64,000 bases of DNA from Planctomycetota bacterium (GTDB taxonomy: Bacteria; Planctomycetota; UBA1135; UBA2386), in the NCBI GenBank assembly GCA_016872675.1, contig VGZG01000010.1, forward strand, positions 272 through 64,271, written 5' to 3'. The translations under genes were made by a program, and so were the position numbers. The notes below the pieces were generated by a model. The model did not search any database and was not told the DNA's origin. It saw only the letters and a list, made by a program, of their open reading frames with translations. Each line of letters begins with the position of its first letter. Positions within the stretch are counted from its first letter, which is position 1. This document shows, in pieces, positions 1 to 8,322 of this stretch.

Positions 1-2
1 TC

Positions 3-1601
3 ATGGGCGAGATCCTGCCGTCGCTGAAGAAGGCGATCGACTCGACCGAGCAGCGCGACATCAACTCGTCGTGCATGGTGGCGATGGCCAAGATCGGCAA
101 GGACCACCAGGACTTCAAGCTGATCGACGTCTTCACGCCGCGCCTGAAGAAGCCCGACCAGGAGATCCGCGAGGTCGCCGCCCTGTCGGTCGGCATCGCC
201 GCCATCGCCGGCGAGGCCGAGATCGACCTGCTGTGCGGTCTCGCGCTCGACAAGGAGAAGGGCCGCGCCGCCGCCGGCGGCAACGTCGACGATCGCACGC
301 GTTCGTTCGCCATGTACGGCCTCGGCTTGACGGCCCACAAGACGACCAACGTCGAGATCAAGAAGCAAGCGTTCGAGACGCTGAAGTCGATCCTCAACAA
401 CGACCAGGCCGCCGACCGCAACCTGAAGGTCGCCGCCATCAACGGCATCGGCATCCTCAACATCGGCACGGGTTCCGACGCCGAGAAGGCGCTGCTCGGC
501 GAAGCCATCGCCGCGCTCGAGGCCTACTACATGAAGCCGCTCGGCTCGGGCGAGCAGCTGATCCAGGCGCACTGCGCCAACGCGATCGCGAAGCTCATCG
601 GCCGCGACCACGAGAAGGCCGAGTACTACAAGGACCTCTTCGCCGCCGACCTGCAGGAGAAGGGCAAGACCAAGCGCGCGAGCAACGACATCCCGCGCTC
701 GTGCGTCCAGGCCATCGCCATGCTCGCCCGCCCGTGGGACGACAAGGACGAGAAGAACAGCCCGGACGCCAAGTACAGCAAGCTGCTGCTCGACACCTGG
801 AAGACCCACAAGGACCTCCAGACGAAGAACTTCGCCCTGCTCGGCCTCGGCCAGATCGGCGGCAAGATGAACCGCGACGCGCTGCTGAAGGAGTTCGACA
901 AGGGCAGCACCGACCAGGAGAAGCCCTGGGGGGCGCTGGCGCTCGGCGTCTACTCCTACAACGTCTACGAGGAGCAGAAGAAGAGCGGCAACACGGAGCC
1001 GGAGACGTTCATCGGCGAGACGCTCGCCAAGGCCCTCAAGGAGGCCAAGAACGTCAGCCTGACCGGCGCGTTGGCCATCGGCCTCGGCCTCAACCAGCAC
1101 AAGGACGCGGCCGACGAGATGCGTCGCCGTATGCTCGACAACATCGCCAAGGAGGAGATGGCGGGCTACCTGTGCATTGGCCTTGCGCTGATGAACGACA
1201 CGGCCTCCGTCGAGGACATCAACCGCGTGGTCAAGGAGTCGACCCGTCGCCCGACGCTGCTGCAACAGGCGGCGGTCGCGCTCGGCAAGCTCGGTGACAA
1301 GCGTGTCGCCGAGACGCTCCAGAGCCTGCTGACGGACGGCGAGCCCAACCTCGCCAAGTTGTCGGCCATCGCCTCGGCGCTCGGCTTCATCGGCGACAGC
1401 CGCACGGTCGCGCCGCTGAAGGCGATGCTGTTCAACGACAAGCTCGGCGAGCTGTCGCGCGCCTTCGCGGCCGTCGCACTGGGCGGCGTCGCTGACAAGG
1501 AGATGCTGCCGTGGAACAGCAAGATCGGCGTCAACATCAACTACCGCGCGTCGGTCGAGACGCTGACCAACAAGCGCAGCGGCATCCTGGACATCCTCTG
1601 A
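3..1601 (+). CDS. HEAT/armadillo-type helical-repeat protein, 5' end outside the window
   Basis: The ORF is open at the window edge. Repeated helical units (e.g. EIREVAALSVGIAAIAG, LKVAAINGIGIL, LLQQAAVALGKLGDKRV, LSAIASALGFIGDSRTV) are typical of HEAT/PBS-lyase repeats. Third codon positions are G/C-rich. The C-terminus LPWNS..NYRASVETLT..GILDIL is shared with the next gene. Confidence 0.7.
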   Translation: MGEILPSLKKAIDSTEQRDINSSCMVAMAKIGKDHQDFKLIDVFTPRLKKPDQEIREVAALSVGIAAIAGEAEIDLLCGLALDKEKGRAAAGGNVDDRTRSFAMYGLGLTAHKTTNVEIKKQAFETLKSILNNDQAADRNLKVAAINGIGILNIGTGSDAEKALLGEAIAALEAYYMKPLGSGEQLIQAHCANAIAKLIGRDHEKAEYYKDLFAADLQEKGKTKRASNDIPRSCVQAIAMLARPWDDKDEKNSPDAKYSKLLLDTWKTHKDLQTKNFALLGLGQIGGKMNRDALLKEFDKGSTDQEKPWGALALGVYSYNVYEEQKKSGNTEPETFIGETLAKALKEAKNVSLTGALAIGLGLNQHKDAADEMRRRMLDNIAKEEMAGYLCIGLALMNDTASVEDINRVVKESTRRPTLLQQAAVALGKLGDKRVAETLQSLLTDGEPNLAKLSAIASALGFIGDSRTVAPLKAMLFNDKLGELSRAFAAVALGGVADKEMLPWNSKIGVNINYRASVETLTNKRSGILDIL

Positions 1602-1622
1602 TCCAGCACCGTTGACCACGCA

Positions 1623-1666
1623 AGCGGGCGCTCATCGCGATGGCGATGGGCGCCCGCTCGCGTTTT
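1623..1666 (+). terminator. Intercistronic GC hairpin with short T-run (terminator/attenuator-like)
   Basis: A 9-bp perfect stem pairs AGCGGGCGC (1623-1631) with GCGCCCGCT (1650-1658). The loop is 18 nt and contains the palindrome CATCGCGATG. CGCG-TTTT follows at 1663-1666. It sits between the two HEAT paralogs. Confidence 0.35.
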
Positions 1667-1691
1667 GGCACGATGATTGCGCGACATCGTC

Positions 1692-2594
1692 ATGGCCATC
1701 CGACGCCCGCTCCTCGCGTGCCTGCTCACAACAACCCTCGTCGTGCCCGCATTCGCGCACGGCGGTCAATACCGCGGCCCCGGCAACGTCGTGCCGCAGC
1801 CGTCGAGTTCGGGCAGCAGCCAGTCGTCGGGTAGCGGCGCCAACAATGGCGGCGCCCCCACCGCTCCGACCGCCGGTTCGTCGGCGCCCGGTACCTCGAC
1901 GGCGGCGAGCGGGCCCGCGATCGGCGCGGCAGGCGCAGCCCGGGGCATGACGCCGCGCGGGGTGCAACTCGACGAAGATCTGGGACGTTGGGAGTTCTGG
2001 TGGGAGTTCGGCAAGGACCCGTACCTTCGGCTCCGCGAAGCCGTGCACGGCGGCAACGTCAACGAGGACCAACTTTTCGACCGGCGCCTCGGTGCGGCGC
2101 GTTTCGTCGCCCAGCGCCCCACCCTCGCCGACCGCCGCAACCAGGACGACGCCGCCGGCTACCTCGCCCTGGCGCTCGGCCTGCTGCGCGACCGTGCCAC
2201 CATCGGCGACGTCCGCGACCTGCTGCGCGCGTCGTCGCGCCGGCCGTTCGTGATGCTCCAGTGCAGCCGCACGCTCGGCCTGATCGGCGACCAAGCGGTC
2301 ACCGAGATGCTGTGCCGCGAACTCACCGACCCGGAAGCCGGCTTGTTCCGCTTGTCCGCCGCCGCCGCCGCGATCGGCCAGCTAGGCGACCGACGCAGCC
2401 TCGAGCCGCTGCTCATGCTGTTGCACGACGCCAAGCAGATGGGGCTGACCCGCGCCTTCGCAGCCGTCGCGCTCGGCAGCGTCTGCGACAAGGATCTGCT
2501 GCCGTGGAACTCGGTCTACGCGACGCAGACCAACTACCGCGCTGCGGTCGACACGCTGACCGACGGAGCGCGCGGCATCCTCGACATCCTCTGA
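1692..2594 (+). CDS. Secreted HEAT-repeat protein, paralog of the upstream gene in its C-terminal half
   Basis: The track ORF starts at TTG 1677, but ATG 1692 gives a signal-peptide-like N-terminus (MAIRRPLLACLLTTTLVVPAFAHG). A Ser/Gly/Ala/Pro-rich linker follows, then WEFWWEFGKDPYL and HEAT-like repeats. The terminus is LPWNS..NYRAAVDTLT..GILDIL. Confidence 0.7.
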   Translation: MAIRRPLLACLLTTTLVVPAFAHGGQYRGPGNVVPQPSSSGSSQSSGSGANNGGAPTAPTAGSSAPGTSTAASGPAIGAAGAARGMTPRGVQLDEDLGRWEFWWEFGKDPYLRLREAVHGGNVNEDQLFDRRLGAARFVAQRPTLADRRNQDDAAGYLALALGLLRDRATIGDVRDLLRASSRRPFVMLQCSRTLGLIGDQAVTEMLCRELTDPEAGLFRLSAAAAAIGQLGDRRSLEPLLMLLHDAKQMGLTRAFAAVALGSVCDKDLLPWNSVYATQTNYRAAVDTLTDGARGILDIL

Positions 2595-2601
2595 TCCGCG
2601 A

Positions 2602-4593
2602 TCAGGCGACGAGTCGGCGCAGCCCGGCGATCGCGCACGCCGCCGCCAACAGTGCGGCCGCCTGCAACCAGCCGTTGCGCGAAGCGAGGCCTTCAGCCCG
2701 CTCGACCGGCAGGAGTTCCTCGGCGACGTAGCCGCGTTTGTCGCGCAGCCTGGAGGCGAGGTCGACTGCCGGCGCGGCCGCGAGGCCCGCGTCGTACTCA
2801 GCCAGCGCCGCGCGCAGCTCGCGCATCGCCCACCGCGCGTCGCCGGCCTGCTCCCGCAAGTAGGCGGTCGACGTGATGCACGCCTGTGCTACGGCGATGA
2901 CCTCCGGCCAATCGCCGCGCTGCCGGGCTTGGAAGGCGGCGAGTTCCGCGGCTTCGACGGTGGCCGTGCCTTGCGATGCGACCGCCACGCCCGGATCTCG
3001 CGGACGCAAGTAGCTGTTCGCCAGCAGGACGTCCAGCACCGGCCGGTCGTCGACGAGGGCGTCGAGGCCGAGCCACGGGTCGAACCAGTTCGCCTTCGCC
3101 GCGTGCTCGACGATGCGTTGCCAAGCCGCCGCGTCGGCCGGCGCCGCGAAGCGCTCGGCGCCGAAGGTGAAGCCGGCGAGGTCGGTCGGCTGCGGCGGCG
3201 CGCCGTGCCGGGCCACCAGTAGCGCGTTGCGCGAGTTGGGCACCAGCAAGGCGCGCACGTGGCCGAACACATGGCCCATCGTGTTGGCGATGCGCACGAG
3301 CACGGGGTCGTCCGGCCGCAGAGCGCCGACGTTGCACGCCAGGACACCATCCGGCCGCAGGCGCGCCTTGGCGACGCGGAAGAACTCGACGCTGGCGAGG
3401 TGCGCCGGGATGTAGACCTGGTGGGCGTAGGCGTCGACGTGGATCACGTCCCACTGCTCGCTCGCGCAAGCCAGGAACACGCGGCCGTCGATGGCGTAAC
3501 GCCGCCCTGCGGCCTTTGGACCGGGGAAGAACGCGTCCCCGAGCGCCATGGCCGCGGGATCGACGTCGACCGCGTCGACGGTGGCCTCCGGGTGCACGGC
3601 GCCGTACACGGCTCGCAGCGTTCCCGCCGCGTCGCCGATCGACGCCACGCGCATCGGCATCGGCCGACGACCGCCGCCGGCCAGCAACGGCGCCAGCGCG
3701 TGCCAGTCGTAGTAGGCGCCGCCGGTGAAGCACGACCCCGCGACGGCCAGCGAATGGAACGAGTCGAGTCCTTCGTTGATCCGCAGGCGCGTTCGCGCCG
3801 GCGCCGCCTCGCTGCGCACGACCTGCAGGAACTGCATGCGGCTCTCGACCTCGGCGAGCAGCCGGTCGCCCGGCAGCGGCGCGCGCAACGGCCCGCGCGG
3901 CAGCGCGATGGAGCCGAGGCAGAGCAGCGCGATGCCCGCGGCGGCTGACCGCCGCGGCGCGACCGCCAGCAGGACCGCAGCGCCGGCGAGGGCGCCGCCG
4001 GCGACGGCCATCGCGGCGCGACAGCCAAACGCCGGCACCAGCACATGGGTCGCCAGGAACGTGCCGAGCAGGCTGCCGATCGTGCCCGCCGCCGCCATCG
4101 CGCCCGCCGCAGCCCCGACGGCGCTGCCGCCGCGGACCAAGGCGGTGACGAGCAGCGGCGAAAGCGCGCCGATCGCCGCCATCGGCGCGGCGAACAGCAA
4201 CACCGTCGCGACCAGCGATCCACGCACCATCGCCGGCATGGCCGCATCGAGCGGCAAGTCAGCGGGCAGCAGCCAGCCACCGACGTCGCCGGCCACCCAC
4301 GGACTGGCAGCAACCCACACTCCCGCGACCAGCGCCAGACGCATTGCCTTGGCGCGCGGATCCCCACTGGCGGCGGCGCGACCGCCGAGCCATGCGCCGG
4401 CGGCCATCGCGGCCAGGATCACGCCGATCACGTTGGTCCAGACGTACGCGCTGTCGCCGAAACTCGGCGCCAGCACGCGCACGGCGGCGAGTTCGGCGGC
4501 CATGCACCCGAAGCCCGCCAGCGAGGCTGCCGCGGCCGCGGGCACGCGCCCGAGGCCGCCGCATTGCGTCGCCACCGCAACGCTGGTCGCCAC
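2602..4593 (-). CDS. Polytopic membrane protein fused to a spermidine-synthase-like (class I methyltransferase fold) domain and a TPR-like tail
   Basis: GTG start. The N-terminal roughly 230 aa consist of Ala/Gly/Leu-rich TM helices. The middle shows a spermidine synthase-like pattern (VASIGDAAGTL..VDAVDVDPAAMALGDAFF..WDVIHVDAY..YIPAHLASVEFFRVAKARLRPDGVLACNV). The C-terminal part is helical. Confidence 0.75.
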   Translation of the reverse strand: MATSVAVATQCGGLGRVPAAAAASLAGFGCMAAELAAVRVLAPSFGDSAYVWTNVIGVILAAMAAGAWLGGRAAASGDPRAKAMRLALVAGVWVAASPWVAGDVGGWLLPADLPLDAAMPAMVRGSLVATVLLFAAPMAAIGALSPLLVTALVRGGSAVGAAAGAMAAAGTIGSLLGTFLATHVLVPAFGCRAAMAVAGGALAGAAVLLAVAPRRSAAAGIALLCLGSIALPRGPLRAPLPGDRLLAEVESRMQFLQVVRSEAAPARTRLRINEGLDSFHSLAVAGSCFTGGAYYDWHALAPLLAGGGRRPMPMRVASIGDAAGTLRAVYGAVHPEATVDAVDVDPAAMALGDAFFPGPKAAGRRYAIDGRVFLACASEQWDVIHVDAYAHQVYIPAHLASVEFFRVAKARLRPDGVLACNVGALRPDDPVLVRIANTMGHVFGHVRALLVPNSRNALLVARHGAPPQPTDLAGFTFGAERFAAPADAAAWQRIVEHAAKANWFDPWLGLDALVDDRPVLDVLLANSYLRPRDPGVAVASQGTATVEAAELAAFQARQRGDWPEVIAVAQACITSTAYLREQAGDARWAMRELRAALAEYDAGLAAAPAVDLASRLRDKRGYVAEELLPVERAEGLASRNGWLQAAALLAAACAIAGLRRLVA

Positions 4594-4594
4594 G

Positions 4595-5968
4595 TTACTT
4601 CACGACGTTGACGTTGTACTTGACTGGGTAAAGGAACTCCCAGTCGTTGCGCACGATTGCGTTCTCGCACATGTCGCGGAACTGGCGCGACTTCTTCTCC
4701 GTGATCGCCTTGTCGTTGACGACCAGCGTGAACTCCTTGCTGAGGTCCACGAGATCATCGTTGAGGTAGATCAGGAACTGCTCGACGCCAACGGTCTTCG
4801 CGGTGATGCGATTGGCGGCGCGATCGGCGACGATCTCGACGCGCGGTTTCTTGTCGGGCGCCGCCGAGGCGAGCTGGTCGGCGACCGTGATCCTGACCCA
4901 GTAGGCGCGGTTGTACTTCTCGTGGTTCGGCTCGATGACGACCTTCGTCGGCGTCGGCGTGCGCCGCTTGCCCTTGAGCCACTCCTCGATCATAGGCGTC
5001 GCGTCCTTGTAGGGAGCCTCGCCGGTGACGTCGATCACGGTCACCGCGCCAGGCGACACGGCCTCGATGGCTGCCTTGACGGCGTCGCAGGCGGCCGCGT
5101 TGCTGGCTGACTTCAGCAGCAGGAACGGCACGCCGAGCAGGCTGCCGAGCCGGATGCCGTCGACCGCCGTCGGTTCGCGCAGGATGACGCCGGCGAAACG
5201 GTCGGGGAACATCGACACGAAGCGCACGCCGAACGCGCAGTTGCCGCGGCCGCAGTCGAGGAACAGCTTGCCGCGGTGGATGTTGTTGGCATTGAACGTC
5301 TCGGCGTATGTCTGCCACATCCAGTCGATGCGCCGCGTCTCTTCCTTGTCTTCAGCCTCGCGGCTGAAGTCGGGAACTGGATCGAACTCCAAGCCGACAG
5401 GCGGATTCGGCAGATGGAAGATCGTGTCCGCCGAGGCGGCGGACTTGTCCCACGTCGCGGCGAAGTAGTCCGACGCCTTCATGAACGGCGCGCCCGCAGC
5501 GGCGGCCGACCGGCCCGGCAACACCATGATCGCGGCGTGTGGAACGCTCGGCTTGTAGGACTTTGGCAGGTACCAGCTGTGCTCGAGCCCCGTCTGCTTG
5601 TTCTTGTCGTTCCAGATCTGGCCGAGCGTCTTCGTCGGGGCCTTGCTGACGAAGCAGTTCTCGAAGATGTCCCGGATGTCGGGCATCGACGCCATCAGGT
5701 TGCCCTTCTTCTCGGCCTTGCGCCACTCGTCCTCGAAGTTCTCCTTGGCCTTGTCGCGGGCCTTGCGCGCCTTGTCGCGATCCTTGCCAGTCGCCAGCGA
5801 GTACGTCGCGTCCTCCGTCATGTATTTGGTCAGCTTGTCGCGCAAGTGCGTGCGCTCGGCCGGGGTCAGCAAGCCGGACTTGCCCTGTTCGGAAGCGCCA
5901 GCGCCCTGGGGCACGGCGACCGCGAACGAAGTCAGTGTGGCGACCGCCAGCGCGGCGAGGAACGGCAT
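4595..5968 (-). CDS. Secreted hypothetical protein (possible degenerate alpha/beta-hydrolase-like fold)
   Basis: ATG is preceded by AGGAGA. The signal peptide is MPFLAALAVATLTSFAVAVPQGAGA. Its stop lies 1 nt from the start of the downstream gene. No catalytic motif was recognised; the GRGNC segment sits where a GxSxG elbow might be expected. Confidence 0.65.
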   Translation of the reverse strand: MPFLAALAVATLTSFAVAVPQGAGASEQGKSGLLTPAERTHLRDKLTKYMTEDATYSLATGKDRDKARKARDKAKENFEDEWRKAEKKGNLMASMPDIRDIFENCFVSKAPTKTLGQIWNDKNKQTGLEHSWYLPKSYKPSVPHAAIMVLPGRSAAAAGAPFMKASDYFAATWDKSAASADTIFHLPNPPVGLEFDPVPDFSREAEDKEETRRIDWMWQTYAETFNANNIHRGKLFLDCGRGNCAFGVRFVSMFPDRFAGVILREPTAVDGIRLGSLLGVPFLLLKSASNAAACDAVKAAIEAVSPGAVTVIDVTGEAPYKDATPMIEEWLKGKRRTPTPTKVVIEPNHEKYNRAYWVRITVADQLASAAPDKKPRVEIVADRAANRITAKTVGVEQFLIYLNDDLVDLSKEFTLVVNDKAITEKKSRQFRDMCENAIVRNDWEFLYPVKYNVNVVK

Positions 5969-6079
5969 CGAAGTCTCCTGTCGGGGATGGTTTGGCGGCG
6001 GCCGGACGAATCATCGGCGCCGCGTGCGGACGCCGGCAGCGTACCAGTCTGCCCTCATCTGTCACGCGCCGGGGCGCAC

Positions 6080-7009
6080 TCAGCGCAGCGCCCGGCGGAC
6101 AGCGGCGTCGATGACGACCCGGCGGAGCATCGCCGCGTCCGGGCGCGCCGCCAGCGCCGGCGCCGCCTCGCGCAGTGGATCGCCGCCCGCCGCCCCGGGC
6201 CGCACGGCTTCGAGCAGCACGAGATTGGTGATCGCCGGCCCGCGCGCGCGCGCCGCCGGAGCCCGCGCCAGGTCGAGGCCCCAGGCCCGCCAAAACGCGC
6301 CGACCGCTCCCACGAGATCTCCCTGCGCGCGCAGGAACAGGCCGAAGTCGTTCTCTATCTCTGGGTCGTCGGGGCCGAGCGCGCGCGCCAAGTCGTACTG
6401 CCGGCGCGCCTCGTCGACGTCACCGATCTGGCGCAGGCAGAGCGCGTAATTGGCGACGCGATATGCCGCCAGCGGCCGGGCGGCCGCGAGCTGGGCGAAG
6501 ACGAAGCGACCGTCGGCAGCGGCGCCAAGGCGCACGGCCTTTTCGGCTGCGGCGCCGGCCTTCGCCTCGTCCGCGACCAGCGCCGCGCGGACGCTTTCGG
6601 GGAACGGGCCGCTCCAGCGGCGCGCCACCGCCACGGCCGCCGCGAACGGCTGACCGGCGAACGCGGTGCGCACGGCGAGCGACGCCAGCGGACCGCTGCG
6701 CATGCCGGCCGCCACGGCGTCATCGACGCACGCCTGCGCGAGGTCGACCTTGCCCGCCCGACGCAGCGCCTCGCCGCCCTCCAATAGGCGCGCCCGCTGC
6801 GCTGGCCCGGCAGGCAGCGCCAGATAGGCCGAGGCGGCAGCGGCGACGTCCGCGGCAGTCGCCGCCGGCAACAGACTCGCGGCGAAGGCGCGATCGAAGG
6901 CGGCCTCGTCCTGCCCCGGCAGTACGGTCGCGAACAGGAGACTGCCCAGCAGCGGACCGAAGACGCTTGCGCGACAGTGGCTGGCGGCGAGGGCGGACAC
7001 GCGTGTCAT
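6080..7009 (-). CDS. TPR-like helical-repeat protein
   Basis: The 618-aa track ORF was trimmed to the in-frame ATG at 7009, because its 5' part is antisense to dxr. TPR-like text is present: YALCLRQIGDVDEARRQYDLARALGPDDPEIENDFGLFLRAQGDLVGAVGAFWRAW. Confidence 0.55.
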   Translation of the reverse strand: MTRVSALAASHCRASVFGPLLGSLLFATVLPGQDEAAFDRAFAASLLPAATAADVAAAASAYLALPAGPAQRARLLEGGEALRRAGKVDLAQACVDDAVAAGMRSGPLASLAVRTAFAGQPFAAAVAVARRWSGPFPESVRAALVADEAKAGAAAEKAVRLGAAADGRFVFAQLAAARPLAAYRVANYALCLRQIGDVDEARRQYDLARALGPDDPEIENDFGLFLRAQGDLVGAVGAFWRAWGLDLARAPAARARGPAITNLVLLEAVRPGAAGGDPLREAAPALAARPDAAMLRRVVIDAAVRRALR

Positions 7010-7154
7010 CGAGAGTAGGGGCGCGACCACCGACGGTGCGCCGCGCGCGCCCAGCCGGTCCCATCGCGAGCACGGATCATGGGCCGCCGCCGCTGCGGCG
7101 GCAACCTGTGCGCGATCATTGCATTCGCCACGCGGCCCCGCGCATGATCGCAGC

Positions 7155-8315
7155 GTGGCGCGTCGACGCGTAGCGGTCGTGGGTTGCACGGGTTCCGTGG
7201 GCAAGCAGGCGCTCAGCATCCTGCGTGAGCACGCCGATCGCTTCACCGTTTGCCTGCTCGCGGCGCACGCATCCGCCGAGGCGCTGGCCGAGGCCGCCGC
7301 AACGCACCGCCCGGACGTCGCCTGCCTGACGGGCCGCGCGACGGCGCCGGCCCTGCCGGCCGGCACCCGCTGGTTCCACGGCGCCGACGGGCTGCTGCAG
7401 GCGCTCGACGCCAGCGCCCCCGACATCGTGCTCAACGCCATCACCGGCGCGGCCGGCCTTGCGACGACCGAGTGGACGCTGCGCCGCGGCGCGTCGCTCG
7501 CGCTGGCCAACAAGGAGTCGCTCGTCGCCGCGGGCGAGTACCTACTGCCGTTGGCGCGCCGCTCCGGCGCTCGCATCCTGCCGGTCGACAGCGAGCACTG
7601 CGCGATCTTCCAGTGCCTCGACGGCGAGGCGCCGCGCGCAATCCGCAAACTCTGGCTGACCGGTTCCGGCGGCCCGTTTCGGACGCGCGATCTCGCGACC
7701 TTTGCGGCGATCACGCCGAGCGAGGCGCTCAAGCATCCGACCTGGACGATGGGGCCGCGCATCACGGTCGGCAGCGCGACGATGATGAACAAGGCGTTCG
7801 AGGTCATCGAAGCGCACTGGCTCTTCGACGTCGCCCCGGCCGCGATCGAGGTCGTGCTGCACCCCCAGAGCATCGTCCACTCGATGGTCGAGTTCGCCGA
7901 CGGCTCGATGCTCGCGCAGTGCGGCGTGCCGGACATGCGTGTGCCGATCCTGTTCTGCCTTGGGTATCCAGAGCGCCTGCCGTTCGGCTTCCAGCCGTTC
8001 GATCCGCAGCGCTGGGCGACGCTGGCGTTCGAGCCATTCCAGCCGCGCCGCTACCCCGCCGTCGGACTCGCCTACGAGGCCCTGCGCCTCGGCGGCGACG
8101 CCGGCGCGCGCCTCAACGCCGCCGACGAGGTCGCCACCGCGGCCTTCCTCGCCGGCCGCATCGCCTTCCCCGCCATCACCGCGACCGCCGAGCAGGTGCT
8201 CGCCGCCCGGCCGCCGCGGCCGCTGAGCGCGCTCGCCGACGTGATCGCCGCCGACGCCGAGGCCCGCGCCGAGGCCCGCGCCCGCATCGCCACCTTGCCC
8301 CACCCGCCGGCCTGA
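7155..8315 (+). CDS. dxr: 1-deoxy-D-xylulose-5-phosphate reductoisomerase
   Basis: Motifs seen: VAVVGCTGSVGKQAL (NADPH-binding), LANKESLV, DSEHCAIFQCL, SGGPFR, NKAFEVIEAHWLF. GTG 7155 is chosen as start; the track start is TTG 7119. Confidence 0.9.
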   Translation: MARRRVAVVGCTGSVGKQALSILREHADRFTVCLLAAHASAEALAEAAATHRPDVACLTGRATAPALPAGTRWFHGADGLLQALDASAPDIVLNAITGAAGLATTEWTLRRGASLALANKESLVAAGEYLLPLARRSGARILPVDSEHCAIFQCLDGEAPRAIRKLWLTGSGGPFRTRDLATFAAITPSEALKHPTWTMGPRITVGSATMMNKAFEVIEAHWLFDVAPAAIEVVLHPQSIVHSMVEFADGSMLAQCGVPDMRVPILFCLGYPERLPFGFQPFDPQRWATLAFEPFQPRRYPAVGLAYEALRLGGDAGARLNAADEVATAAFLAGRIAFPAITATAEQVLAARPPRPLSALADVIAADAEARAEARARIATLPHPPA

Positions 8316-8322
8316 TCCCGCC

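Noticed and set aside
7010-7936. The 5' two-thirds of the 618-aa minus-strand ORF.
   Set aside because: This part is antisense to dxr and is Ser/Ala/Arg-rich. The TPR-like sequence starts only after the in-frame ATG at 7009.
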